Assembly: GCA_964016885.1 (NCBI GenBank)
Contig: OZ024747.1
Coordinates: 3,286,001-3,350,000, forward strand
Length of the DNA: 64,000 nt
Direction of reading: 5' to 3'
Source: Eledone cirrhosa
Lineage: Eukaryota
Made by a program: the position numbers and the translations under genes. The notes under the pieces are model-generated. The model was not told the DNA's origin, did no database searches, and saw only the letters and a program-made list of their open reading frames with translations. Positions 1 to 13,690 of this stretch are shown piece by piece. How positions within the stretch are numbered: position 1 is the first letter of the stretch; the number at the start of each line of letters is the position of its first letter.

Positions 1-770
1 TCTACAACTTCACTTAATACCACATAAGAACCATATATCTCTATACACTCACTCTATCAATCTCACTAAGTTGATACAACGAAAATACTTATCTGTCAAA
101 CTATAAATCAATCTCCGGTTTATTGCTAGTGTGCTTTTAGACCTACAGCACACGTATATCCCTCATAATTACTCCTAAATCCTGACTCCAAGTACATTTT
201 ATCAGTTATCTCTTCACCCCTTTAATACTACATCTAATGTACCCTATAGCAGTTTTCACATGTCAATTTCATACATCTGTATCATATCAGTTCGTTTACT
301 ATGCTTGATTTAACATTATACTCTATTTCTTACTTATATTGATGTTATTATTTTAACTATTCAGTATCTAGTTATTTTATTATTGATATTATTGTTCTGG
401 TCTAACACCACTCCTCTATAAAAGCCATGCCTTGAGTATTTTCCTCACTTCCGCACACTCTGATGAAACGACTGGTTATAAACAAAGTATTGGAGATTGA
501 TTGATGCAACATCAAGCGATTAGCGAACTGTAGACCTACCAGATCAAAGAAACAGTTGTCAGCAATGTGAATAAAGCCATTATTGTACAGCCAACCATGT
601 CGCTCTTCTTTCTTGAATTATTATTACTCCAAGTATAACCTACATAGAAATCACCACGAACTCACAGCATCACTATGGAAACGTCTTGTTGAGTCAAACT
701 AAGCCATACGTTAATACCATCACAACACAGAGTACTCTAACTGGACTACATCTAAGTGGACTGCCTATAA
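1..770 (+). mobile_element. Penelope-like element terminal-repeat (pLTR) remnant containing a hammerhead-like core
   Basis: CTGATGA at 460-466 and GAAA-CAGTTG-TC at 549-560, followed by AATAAA; element ends at a (TA)n tract near 775. Family assignment inferred from architecture. Confidence 0.5.
454..569 (+). ncRNA. Degenerate hammerhead ribozyme with a long stem II insertion
   Basis: cacact-CTGATGA-(82 nt; GACTGGT pairs imperfectly with ACCAGATC; internal hairpin TTGATG-caa-CATCAA)-GAAA-CAGTTG-TC. Near-palindromic stem III and GUC triplet; stem I is poor. Confidence 0.45.
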
Positions 771-2339
771 CGATAATATATATATATGGAGAGATAGAGA
801 GAAAGTATATATAAATATATATATACTATCACACACAAACACTTATATTTGGATAAATGGAGAGCAGCTCTCACTTCAAGTATGTTAAAGAGAAAATATA
901 ATACAATGTTTTTCAATTTTTCATTAAATGTTTCAAGTGTAGAGAGTTTATATTCGTTGCACAACAGAAATTGTGCAGCAATTTTTCAAAATATCTGTTT
1001 CAAGTGTTTAAATCTCATTTTCAAGATTTAGATTATATTCATAAGTACAACTTTGTTTATTTGAATAGAATGCCTACAGTTATCTTCTGTCAAATTCCAC
1101 ATGTCCAATAGATGTTAAAGATTATAGGTGTAACTATTGCTTTTACACAGTCTCAACTCTCCTGCTTGTCAATGATTCTTCATTTCAGTGCTAATAATTT
1201 TCAATCAGTAGACATACAAACTAAAAATTGTATGCAATTTCGACACTTTCACTGTCTATATGTGAAGATAATACTGACGACTGTAATAGCATAGGTAATC
1301 AGATAATATATAGATACTTCAGATTTTCATTAGTATTTATTAGTCACAAACACTTTTGATTGAATCGTAGTATGCTTTAAGTTTAGTCTCAAAATTTCTT
1401 TGCTACATATAGATTTGAGGATTTCTGTTCTATTAGTTAGTTTATCCTAGAACATGGAGAATAATATTTATGATAACGTGATTTATAACTTTCAGGCATC
1501 TGGTAACAGCATTATGTAAATAGTTATTTCATGACAGACACTTAATTTGTAATAAACCAACAAGGACATAATGAATACAATACTTGTCTTTAACAGAAAC
1601 AAACTTATTGTATAAACTGCTGACATATTACATCATATAGAATGAGACCTAATAATTGCTTTTTGTTCTACAAGTATATATATTTATATGTTTATTTTGT
1701 TTATAGAAGTCAATTTAATCATTTATTTTGCCATTTGAATAATTTCAGGATATTTTTAGTAATGTCTACTCAGACATCCATTGTTTAATGATTTACATAG
1801 GTTAACTTCAATAATCTTTAGCTTTCAGACTTCATTGTTGGCTGAGTTTAGGAGATTCGAGTTTCCTCGTATTATTTCTTTTTTCAAGGGCGGTGGATTT
1901 GACTCTCGTATTTTTTAAAAGTATGTTGTGTTTTATGCATTTAATAAGTATTTGCAATGTAAATTGTTCAGGGTAGTTTTATTTCAGACTAAAGATCATT
2001 GCAAAGATGGTTTGTTAGGTGGGATAGCACTCTAGCATTTAAATATTTCTATCTGTTAGTCATGGGTCCAGTTGGTGTCAATTATTACGCAATGGGATTG
2101 TAGTCGCTGCAGATAATAATAGATATTGTTTAAGGTTTATTCTTATACAGAAACTGCATAATATGATGGCTGTAGCTTGAAAAGGTCTGTCTCCCCCATA
2201 CTCATATTTAAAGTAGGTTAGAAATGTGGATGATGGCTGAGGTAGGGATTGTTTCTTTGCTCCAATTTGATGAGCGCCACACAATATTTTGTGTGATCCA
2301 ATGATTGGATGCATGTTGTCATGATCATGTGACTCACAT

Positions 2340-2534
2340 CCTAATTGGCTGAATGTACAAGATTCCCTCCTGGATAGGAGGGAAGTCCATTGCAGGGTTA
2401 AATCCCCAGCTGTTGCTGGTATGAGAAATGAAGTATTTTGTTCAAGAACACAACTCACAACGTAGTCTAGGAAATGAATACACAACATTATGATCGTATA
2501 TTCAACAGCCTTTCCATTAAGCCACACACCTTCA
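2340..2534 (-). mobile_element. Degenerate tRNA-headed SINE (family B, Meta-domain-like body)
   Basis: Reverse complement resembles 28510-28790, including GGGGATTTAACCCTGCAATGGAC...ATCCAGG. Confidence 0.55.
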
Positions 2535-2879
2535 GACACAACTACCCAGTAAACAGCCACAATTCAGAATTAAATCAAAAATATACTAGACATACATGGT
2601 TCTTTGTTTCTTTTACTGCCACAGCAGAATAGGAAACTGAAGAGTAATGTAGAAATATATGTACGAATATGAGAGCTAATATATATAATTACATATACCT
2701 GTTGTTTAGCTCCAGGTCAACTATAATTGAAGGTATCTCAGCTATGACCATTCCATCTTTTTTTAGAGACATTCTCCACCTTGGGTTATATTATTTAATG
2801 TGCTTGCTTTTAAGACAGCAGAGTAATGATTTGTGGCAGATTTTACTACTTCTTCACAGATTGTGTAGAGGTTCACTCA

Positions 2880-3080
2880 GATTGTGTGTGTCTGTATATA
2901 TAATCTATCCTTTATTTTCTGTATTTATTTTCTTTATCTATCCTTTGTGATCCTGTCTCTATTTTTGTACTCCTGAAGAAAGGCTAAAGCCTGACACGTC
3001 AAACTTTCGTTCCCCTTTCCCATATAAAGCGTGAAACTAATAAGACTTTTGTATCTCTGTTTTGTCATTTCCTTGAACTA
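2880..3080 (+). mobile_element. Penelope-like pLTR remnant with decayed minimal hammerhead
   Basis: CTGAAGA-a-AGGC-taaa-GCCT-GAcA-CGTC at 2973-3000 (GAAA mutated to GACA); T-rich 3' end runs into (TA)n, as in 49260-49480. Confidence 0.5.
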
Positions 3081-3104
3081 TATATATATATGTATGTAAA
3101 ATCA

Positions 3105-3290
3105 TTTTATTAGGGCTAAATAGTATGTCTTGTTACTCTGGAGTATTGCCTGTTTATCACTGATGTTCTGTGATAAGCAGGTGAAACTCCAGAGTAACAA
3201 CTCACTATTTAGCCTTAATAAAAGGAATATTAAACTCTACTTCAGTATTGAGTACTCATTTCTCTCAGCCGTCAACCACCTATGAATATA
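3105..3290. mobile_element. Fold-back Penelope-like pLTR fragment
   Basis: 3105-3160 is an imperfect inverted copy of 3170-3223. The right arm carries GAAA-CTC-ca-GAG-TA (hammerhead 3' half) and continues into a TATTGAGTAC-containing tail similar to 16560-16650. Confidence 0.5.
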
Positions 3291-3304
3291 TGTGTGTGTG
3301 TGTG

Positions 3305-4240
3305 TTAATTTGTTCATAAATTTATGTAGGTTTTATGGTTTTATTTGTTTCAACAATTTTTAGAAATTAAAAAATCACTCATGCCAGGTGTATAAAAGTA
3401 TAATTTTTAGGCTCATTTTATACTCTTTCTTTCTATGTAATCTATTTTTAATATAAATGGCCTTTTTGTGAATTTTTTAACTTAAGATGTCAAAACAGGA
3501 ATTTTGCCAAATTTATTCCTCTGAGTTCAAAAATGACGGTAGAAACAAAAATGAAGTTTGGTGTAAAACTTTGTTAATGAATGCACAGTGCAACATTGGT
3601 TTAAAACATTGTCATGTTGAATTCACTCTTGAAGATAAGGAAGGTTGCAGACTTCCTTCTGCTATTAATGATGATGAATTGAAGGTGGAATCAAACCTTT
3701 ACACAATTGTTTGAGATCTTACGATGCTCAGCACAGTTTTGGAGGGAAATGAATTTTCTAAACATTTCCCAGTGACTTTGATGGTCCACAACCAGATTAA
3801 TCTATTACAACTGTTGAAATACTTACAAAATAATCACAGCAGAGATGTATTTTCGTGAAATCAATGAAATGCATAAAGAATTGTAGCATATGTGTCCATC
3901 ATTGGTTATTAGAAAAGGTCCATTCCTCTTGCTTGGCAACATTCCAGAAGTTGAACGAACTGGGTGACAAAACTTTGCTTCATTCAACATACTCACCAGA
4001 TCTTTTACTAACTGTCTACAATTTTTTAAGCATTTTAATATGTTCTTTCAAGAAAATGTCTTCAACCAAACAAACCCAAAAATGGCCTTTGAAGAATTCA
4101 TTGCCTTTAGAACTTCAGAATTCTATGCTATCTGAATGAATATATTTGTATCTCGTTTCAGAAAATGTGTAGATTCAAATGGTTTTATTTTGATAAATAT
4201 AGTTTAGTCATGACTGAGATATGTCATTTTAAAGATAATG
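3305..4240 (+). pseudogene. Decayed mariner (Tc1/mariner) transposase, internally deleted
   Basis: ORF fragments 3487-3714 (..FTLEDKEGCRLPSAINDDELK, HTH/linker-like) and 3855-4139 (QKLNELG..LLHSTYSPDL; YSPDL is the mariner signature), with frameshifts and stops. Confidence 0.85.
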
Positions 4241-4241
4241 T

Positions 4242-4468
4242 TTAACCCTTTAGCATTCACATTACTCTATATTTACTATTACATTTTCACGGTAAAGGCT
4301 TTACCTCACATAATTATCTCACACAATATTGAATCTATGATATTTTGATATTATTTATTTTGAGAACAATACCTTAATATCAGTATGAGTGCTCAGTTAC
4401 AGCTGGTTTGAACTGAAAGAGGTGAGAACATTTTGGCTGGATATGGCTGATTTAAATGCTAAAAGTGA
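4242..4468. mobile_element. piggyBac-type MITE (about 215 bp), decayed right end
   Basis: TTAA-CCCTTTAGCATT start; internal sequence similar to 22876-23095 and 60363-60583. Confidence 0.75.
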
Positions 4469-7400
4469 CGTTGTTTAACAAGACAGAGTGTTTTGCCTAT
4501 CATATGATTTATTTGAAAAAAATTCTTTCTCGGATAGGTTATCTTTATAACAACATAAAACGTTTTATCGCTCTTCATTTAGAATTAAATTAATAATAGT
4601 AAAGTAGTTAATAAAATGAAAATTAAAAAGAATATGATTGGTAAGTCATCACTACAAACATATCCAGCACTGTGACTTTATCTTTCTTAGAGTGGGAGGT
4701 AATGGTTTGCAAATGATTTTAAAAGCAGAAAATATATCAAATCACTGTAAGATATTCTGCATATTGGACAACAATGTTTCAGATTACACCACAGAAAACT
4801 TAAATAAGATACCAGTAAATTGAAGAGTGTTCTGCAATATCGAGCAAGTTGCCTGGTGGTATTTGTTCTGCCTCTTTGTATTCTGAGTTAAAATCTTGTT
4901 GTAACTCACTTGGATAGTACACTTAACATCATCCAATTTAACACCACCACCTGGCAATTGGGTGCTTTTAGTAGAGTCCATTCTGTTGTAAGCATTTGGG
5001 CTAGGCTTCCATTTTGAGGATACATTCCTCTCCACCATCTTGGAGGCATTGACAAGTTCCTTACCTCCCTGAATCCCCCAACTATATATAATGTGTGGGT
5101 GTGTATGAGAAGTGAATGATGCAACTATTTAAAATGAATAAATACCTACAAAGACATATAACTATCTTCTTTATTTTCATCCAGGTCTCAAATCTCTTCA
5201 AGAACAGACCCCCAGCACAGGCAGGAAATCTTTATCACAGACATTAATTAAACCAAAAGGTACCAACCCTAGGTCTTCCTATCAACCTAACGCTAGTCTT
5301 TTTACTCAAGGCAATAATATAATAAACCTAAAATCTACACAAGCAGATAACACCAAACCTAAGTTATTGCAAGCGCAACCCTGGAATCTACCAACAAGGA
5401 ACAGTTTCACTTCGTATACCAAACCTTTACCAAAAGTACCTTATTCGTGAATCTTTTGGAAGATAATTTACAAGTACATCCTGATATACCATCACTGGAC
5501 ATTCTGAAGTGATTTTTAAACAATGTGAAATTTTGTAATATTATTTCATTACTAATCCATTTGCAAGAAATGGATTGGCATCTCATTTCAATTTTCACAT
5601 TGTGCAATGAATTTTTAAACTGTATGGATCATTATGTTACTGCTATTCCTTGTTATAAAATTCAAGGGAAAATTAACATTTTACATAATAATAAATAACC
5701 AATACAACTTAGAATCTAATATATATATATATACAAACTCACATACATACACATACATATATATATTCTTTAAAGTTTAGTTTAAATATATAAATATATT
5801 AGATGGATTGCCTTGTGATGTCACTGAAAGTACCTCCCCAAAGTAACCCTCATTCTGATTTCTAATCACAAACTTAAAACTAAATTTTAGCTGCTAATGC
5901 TGGAAATGCAAATAATTACAATGAAATATTGCTCAATTATAAATTTCTAAAAAGATAAATCTTGTTTGGAAAAGTTTTCAAAAATACTTTTAATCCAATA
6001 TTCTGCTGGATATAGAAAATATTTTGCATCATATTGCTGTTGCTGATCCAACCAAAATTAAATCTTTACTGAGCATGTTGAGGTAAATATTTCCTTTACT
6101 ATCATTATTCACCTTTTAAAATGGTAATTACATTTTTTTTCCCTAAATTAAAAGCATTCCAAAATTTTAAATGGTAGCCAATCAATAGCCTTTTAGTAGA
6201 CACTAATATTTCTGAAATTATCTACTTCATGTTTTTGTTTTTTTTTTACTAAATCAATATCGATGTCTGCTTGTATGTTAAATAACTCTCCCATAACTCT
6301 ACATACAGGAATTTGTATCAGAGTCTTAAAGATCGATATATATTTTTTAAAGATTTGATATGAGAAATCAATGTGTAATTCTTTTTCAATTTAAGGAATC
6401 AATATACATAATTCTTTTGTGCCATTTTATGCATTTCACATTTGATTTCAAATTTCCAGTTCACCTAAATCATATTCAACAAATTCCTTTAACTATGTAA
6501 TGATTCTAACACATTATTTAGATTGACATAAGAAATATCAGAATCAAGCATGATGTGTAATATACAAGAGTTTAATAATTGAATATTCTGTTATCTAACT
6601 ATATTTTCTAATAAGTAATATGTAATAAATTTCATTAAGAAAATTTTGAATACTTTATTTTGAGAGATCATTGTGGAAATCATGAAGCTAAGTTTATTAT
6701 TTCCTTAGATTCATTTCTAAATATTTTCTTTAAACCACTTATTACAGTCTTTCACCATGAAAGAATACTGAATTAATTAAGCAGGCTGATTTTCATTTAG
6801 ATTTTCTTATTGAGCAGCTTGAAGTCGCATTTTCTTTTTGGTGGATAGTTAACATATCAAAATGGCTGACTTTCTCCTTCATTGAACATCCACTCTAATA
6901 TAAAGAGAGATTGGAAGATGTGATGATGTACATAGACTTTAGTCACATGTAATATACATCAATATCTGCTTTTTGAAGGAAAGACTAAATTCAAAGGTGA
7001 AGATCTAATTAAAATTAAACGGTATTACAAGATTCTTTTTTTCACATGAAACTAAGTAACACTGGACATTCCCTTTTGATAGATTTTCATTCTAAATTCT
7101 AAGTAAAGAGATATTCATTTTAAACATTTGGGTTTTTTTTAATTCATCTGAATAATAAAGTCTGTTGTATATTTTCTTGTAAAATGATTTATGAAGCAAA
7201 TTAGTTTTATAGATCATGACTATAAACTAGAAATATTATCACCACCATCATCATCATTAGGATATTTCTATAGCAATTGTTTCAAGCAAATATGAGTTGG
7301 ACAATTCTATATGATCCCCTGTAAGAAATGATAATAGGCCTAGGAACCTATTATGAATTTGCCATTCTATGTTGTGTGGATTGTGAAAAATTTATTTTTA

Positions 7401-8559
7401 TCATATAATTCTTTTTAAAGGTATGCTTTGAACTCATAATTTGAAGGGAAATATAGAAAAAGCAAACAATAATCGATTAAAACATATGATGCTTTGTGTA
7501 TTTTGTTCTAAAAACATTGCAACAAGTTTTCTCTTTTTTTGCCTAGAGCAAAGCCTGTGAGCAACACATAAACTGTATGTTTATGAAGTGCCCACGGCTG
7601 TCGCTTCACATCACTATTTGCAAAATGCCACATTTTCATATAGTTTTTTCCTTCATCTGCTGGGTATAATTAATTTAAAAACAAAAGATACAAACACAAT
7701 AATCAGAATTATCAATAGGTTACAAGCTTCCACAGTTATTTTCTCTGTTTCCCAAGTCTTGAAATTATGGAGTTCTATAAGACACAACAGCATTCATAAA
7801 AGAATCACCTTGAAAAAGGAACAGCTACCCAGCAAGGTTATAATTTTCCACATATTCACAAAATAATATCTAATATTGCTGTCACAACTTATACTTTCAT
7901 TCTTATTGTAAAATAGTAAAATAAATTGATCAGAAATTTCTTGTAATATTTTAAACTTGCATTTTATTCTTAGGTATACTTCCAAAATAAAGGTTCTTGA
8001 TTGGCACTAATCCAATTGAACAATATTCCTTTATTTATGAAATCAATAAGTGACACTAATTATTCCACATACTAATTCTAAAAATGTTTCAGTAAGCACA
8101 TTTCTAATACACTGTCAACTGACACTTAATAACATATAACATTTTTCAATCACTACATCATTGAATGTCTTGTGAATACTAAAATAAAACAATAATTAGA
8201 TTAAAATTTCAAGAATCTTTAACAATATTCATAAGAAGAATACTGTCAATAAAACTGATAGTAGAGTGGTCTTATCTATAAATGAGAAAATCAATAATCC
8301 CCTCTCCCCTTGACATTGATTCTTTATTCTGAGACATAGATCTGTACTTTTTTCAAACCCTAGTGGAAATTCAAATATATTTTAAATTCTGTATACACAA
8401 AAATAAATATTCAAAAATGCTAAAATAATTTATTGTTAAAATAAGATAAACTGACTGTTTTATTAAGATTAGAATTTCTATTACCTTTGAGAGAACATAC
8501 CTACACACATGCTCCGACTCACAAACACACATGTATATGTGTATATGAATATGTATAGT

Positions 8560-8561
<2 letters not shown>

Positions 8562-8600
<39 letters not shown>
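8562..8600. repeat. (TG)n microsatellite
   Basis: Directly visible. Confidence 0.95.
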
Positions 8601-8602
<2 letters not shown>

Positions 8603-8720
8603 ATATGTACACATATATAAAATATACTTTTTCACACAAACATTTTATCATACACAAACAAACATAAATGAATGTTTATTGGATTATATGTGACTCATTC
8701 TTTTATTAACTTCTTTGCAG

Positions 8721-8990
8721 CAAGAATCTAAAGTAATAGAGTTTTTGTTTCCCTTCCATGGGAACCATAAACAGCTTGTCATTGGCTGTAGCAGATATTA
8801 CATATACCACACTTGATAGGTTGCAGACCTCTCTATCACTCTCTCTCTATCTCTCTCTCATACATCCATACAATATCACAGAGCAAAGTACACAGTACTG
8901 CCAGCACACAACAGCAGCAGTAACGATACAATTCTACAGCAGGATACACATCGCATCTAATGTTAAACTGGAACCTATTTACTTTGCTTG
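8721..8990 (+). other. Candidate non-coding (5' UTR-type) exon
   Basis: TTAAC-TTCTTTGCAG acceptor ending 8720 and TG|GTAAGT donor at 8991; unique sequence with CT tract; no convincing reading frame spans it. Signals only. Confidence 0.25.
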
Positions 8991-10484
8991 GTAAGTATTT
9001 ATTTCTTCTTTTACTTTCACTTTCCAATGTCTATTTCTTATTTTCTTATTCATACAGGTTGTCAGTATAATTTAAGAAAGATATTTATTTTTTTAAATGT
9101 TCTCCACCAAATCATATTTACAGTATATAATAATTAGAACTGTTCTCTTAAAAGCGTGTAACTTTTACATACTTACCTGCTTTAACAATTATTTACCTGC
9201 ATTTGTCTGATCAGAGAGAGACCATAACTTTCTACTACTTGTTTCACAAAAGCTTTTTCAGACTTGGTAATGATAAGAATATATGGATTTATAGTGAAAC
9301 AGGCAAATCAATATTATTGTCTGTCTCAAATCATTCGAAATTAGCTACTAATTTTATATAAATAATTACAGTATAACATAACAGCTTATTTAAAAATAGA
9401 AATTTTTTCTCACTTTTTCCACAGTTTTCTATAGCAGAGTTATTTCAATGATTATTTTCCTGTTTATAAATTAATAATTTAAAATTTTATTTAATTAGCA
9501 CAGAAAAACATTTAAGTATGAAGAGAGGCAGAAAAAAAAAAAGATGTGAGGGGGGAATACTAATAAATCAGTAAAAGTAATCATATATTTATATTCCTTT
9601 ATATATTTTTGTATGTTGTTTTGATAAATGACTGGTTTTTTTTTATACAACAAATATATATATTTTTACATTTAGCAAACTTTAAAGGTAATTTATTATA
9701 TCATAAGTATATTACAGCAAAGAAACCTACTTTTCTATACTTTACAGTGTAGTTTTCATTCAATTTCATTCATTAATGATTGTTTTACAGTAAAAAAGAA
9801 AAATTTCATCACGCATGCAAATATATGTACTTATGTACTCACATATGTATTGACACATGTACAGATATGTTCACCATACTATATATATATACATATGAAC
9901 ATACATACATACCCACACTCATACATACTCAATACATATTCATTTATACACAAACACCTCAACACGAACATATTCACATACACATACAAATGATATTATT
10001 TTGAAATATTCAATTTATATATGCGTATATATATATATATATATTTTATTATTATTATTATATATATATATTAGCATGGTTTTCTTATTGTATTTCCATT
10101 TACTATGAGAAAGAAAATCTGAGAAATATAAAGAGTTTCATATAGAAATCATCAGAAGTTTTATGTATGTGAATAATATGTAATGGTCACAATATTTAAT
10201 ACTATTTATTATTTAATATTTTCTAAGATTTACTATTTTCTAATGGTTATTAAGATAAAGTTTATTTTACAGTAAATAATCTTATATATCTATCTGTCTG
10301 TGTATCTCTATATATCTATCTGTCTATGTATCTATACCTATCTATATATCTGGCTATGTATCTCTATATATCTATGTATATTTACACACACAACCATCAT
10401 CATAATCATTTTACATATATATGTATATATGCATATATATACACATATACATATATTTGAATATAGGCATAAAGTAGCATGTAC

Positions 10485-10537
<53 letters not shown>

Positions 10538-11138
10538 TTGTGTGAAGATATATATATATATGTGTGTGTATGTGTGTATATATGTATATAGTGAGAGAGA
10601 CAGACAGACATGTTACTTCATCCCTACATTTATTTGGTATATTGACTATTCTTTCTATATAGCAAGAAGCTTTATTATATCACTCATATCCTAACAGTGG
10701 AATGTATTTTCAATAATTAAATTATATTCTTTACTTTTAGACTATTGTGTCATATCTTTCAAAAACATTTTGAATGATTTCATATTAAATTACTTTACAT
10801 TGTTACTATTTCTTAATAATGAATTACTTAAATTTGATTTAGCATTAAAATGTTTAATTCATTCTTTAAGATATATCATTTTTTAAATAATAGCTTTGAG
10901 GTTATAGTTATGCTTTAGTTGTATGGAACCAGAAAATTTCCTTGCAGGCCAGAAGAGGGTGATAGGCCAGTCAACAGAGGCCCATCATTTCCAGCAGGGA
11001 GGCTACTCCCCCCAAGTTCTAGTTCTGTTGTTCTGTTATTCTGTTATGTTGTATACTTTACCTGTACATACCTGTAACTCATATACAAATCTCCATATAA
11101 CCTTAACATAATTTAATATTTATCAATGATTACTAAAA

Positions 11139-11340
11139 TACGAGGCTCAGATGAAAAGTTTATAGGTTGACTATAAAGGAGTGATGCTAGAGCTGTCAAA
11201 TCTTGCATGCCTTAATTTCAGCTTATCTTTTCATTAACTGCATTGTTTATTTCCATGGACAATGTTGAAAAATATACCTCATTTGGTTAATCCATGAGAG
11301 TATCTTGGTTAGCCTATGAATGTTTCAACTAACCCTTGTA
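11139..11340. mobile_element. Mariner-type MITE
   Basis: TA-CGAGGCTCAGATGAAAAGTTTATAGGTTGAC ... GTTAGCCTATGAATGTTTCAACTAACCCTTG-TA: imperfect ~30-bp TIRs with TA flanks. Confidence 0.7.
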
Positions 11341-11629
11341 CAAATGTGAAATATAGGCTTCATCTCAAATTGTTTCATCTGTTTTGGACCTATTACCAAA
11401 TTTGGGAGCCTTTATTTCACATCTAGCCTGGGCCTTGTATCAACATTCTGTGGGTCTATTTACAAGGAAATATAGCTTTACAGACATAAAAGTAATCAAT
11501 ACTAACTGAAACAATTTTTGAAATACAATAATTAATCTTCCTAGTGAGAGAAACATCTTAGATTTGAACTATAGTTTACTGTTGTGTATGCTTATACAAA
11601 CTCCATATTTATACAGTAGGAATTTAATA

Positions 11630-11742
11630 TAATTGTTTCTACTTTTGGTACAAGGCCAGCAATTACTCAGTGTATTACTGGTACTTTATTTTATCGACCC
11701 TGTAAGGAAGAAAGGCAAAGTTAACCTCGGCAGGATTTGAAA
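11630..11742 (-). mobile_element. SINE family A, 3' fragment
   Basis: Matches the 3' part of 57397-57590. Confidence 0.8.
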
Positions 11743-12140
11743 TTTAATATAATACATGAACATTTGTTTTAAACATAAGATTTTAACAGAATCGTGGAAG
11801 TACATTTTACATATTAGATTTCAACAGATTTCTTTTCTGTTAAATTTTATTAGGTATCATTATACATCTGCCTGGACTTAAACATTAATAATTTATAAAT
11901 GTGCAATTATAATAGAATGGCCTAAGCTGTATATTTTTGTTAGATATTTGCTGTGAAACTATAAGTGTATTTTAGTAATCAGCTCCAAGAATGACAATGT
12001 CAACTATATAAGAATGTTATCAAACAATAAATTCTGAAGCAGGTACCATGAGATAATCAAGTCTACCTCTTTTCTATCTTCACTAAAATCCCAACCCTTT
12101 TATTTCTAATATACTTATATTAATATATTATACTTCAACG

Positions 12141-12630
12141 CGGTTGTGTTGGTATGGACATGTGATGCGTATGAAGGATGACAGCTGCATAAAAAGGTGC
12201 AGATCACTAGAAGTCAATGGAAGCCGCGGAGTGGGGAGACCCAAGAAGACCTGGGATGAGGTGATAGGGGCCGACCTTACCCAGTTGCACCTCTCAAAGG
12301 CGATAACACATGACCGTGACCTCTGGCGTCACGCAGTAATTAAGAGTACCCAACCTCCCATGGGTACAAGCTGAAGCATATAGACAATATGCCCCCACAA
12401 CCTCCCGCTGCAAAGTGGTCGTGGAGGTGCCATGGCAAAAAAGCACCCAGCCCACACTGTAAATGAGGTTGGTGTTAGGAAGGGCATCCAGCTGTAGAAA
12501 TCAAGCCAAAATCAGTTCCTGTATGAGCAAGGCATGGTCAGCCGACCAGACACTGCCCACAATAGGACAACCCGTCTAACCCATGCTAGCATGGAAGAAC
12601 GGACGTAAAACGGTGATGATGATGATGATA
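12141..12630 (+). mobile_element. 5'-truncated RTE-clade LINE (ORF C-terminus, 3' UTR, (GAT)n tail)
   Basis: Translation WYGHVMRMKDDSCIKRC..RGVGRPKKTWDEVI is a typical RTE C-terminus; ends CCATGCTAGCATGG...GATGATGAT. Confidence 0.88.
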
Positions 12631-13419
12631 ACTTCACCATAACTTTTAGACCTGATGAAATATTTCTCCTTAATTTCGGCATGAATTTTAACTAACTTTT
12701 TAAGAAGTAGTAACTAAATATGTTTAAGTAAAACAGAAACGTAATATATTGCAGTCATTTGATTCAAATATGTAATTTAATACAATAATCATCATGTAAA
12801 ATTTAGAGCTAATCCAAATTCCGTAATAGACACCAAAAACTAATTTTCAGTGAAAGGAAGTTAGAATATGAAAGCATGCTGGTATAAGAAAGGTTGAAAC
12901 AAGCTCTTAGTGGCTCAGGAAAATAAATCACTATTTTTATGTTCATATGTTTCATTGTTGATTGATCTAAGAAAACCATTGATAAAACTGAATCACTTGA
13001 CAAACTGCACTTTATTCATTTTAGATGTTCGTATTTCATAAAAATAAATTACTTGTAACCTAATATGTTATAAAATAAAAGGCCCCTGCTTTTAAAGGAA
13101 ATTATTAAAAAATTTCATTAGATGGTTTTGTCTGCCTTGTAATTTAAATACCCAATAAAACATTTTCTTTCTTCTCCTACAAAAAATGTTTTTCTAATAC
13201 CACAATGACTTTCATTGTTTATTTGAAGCTGTTGAAATTTTACATCTATTACCATGCTTTTAATGTTCAAAATTAACCTAAAAACTACTGTTGTTTTAAG
13301 ACAAAAGTGAAAGTTGTTTTTTTATAACTTTAAAGATTACCTTAATAGCAATATTATATATTGTAAAGCAAATTAAATGGACCTCCAGCTGTTTTAATGG
13401 TGAGTCTTCCAGTTGTTCA

Positions 13420-13690
13420 ATCAATGAAGTAACCTACCTACTAAATTAATATGCATGTGGCTGAGTATTCCACATGTGTACTCTTCTCTGGAGGATTCAG
13501 TGTTTGACAGTGTGTGATAAGGTTTGTCCTTTGAATTACAAGTAAAGGCTAACCTATGGGCTTCCACACAGTTTCCATCTACTCTTGTCTGATTGCAAAA
13601 GACCAAGGCCAGCATGAGGCTTGCCTCAAAGTGGTATTCAATCCAGAACTTCATGACTGAGTCAAATTCTTAACCATTTGGACATGTGAT
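13420..13690 (-). mobile_element. Degenerate SINE family C
   Basis: Reverse complement resembles 26850-27000 and 52575-52740 (..GATGGAAACTGTGTGGAAGCCCAT). Confidence 0.5.

Noticed and set aside
2078-2560. 160-aa ORF
   Set aside because: Runs through a decayed SINE; no recognisable domain.
4760-5500. Possible Penelope ORF remnant
   Set aside because: Composition looks TE-like, but no diagnostic RT or GIY-YIG motif could be read.
12652-12680. Other CTGATGA occurrences (also near 23950, 28763, 33476, 48218, 55157)
   Set aside because: No properly placed stem II plus GAAA plus UH.
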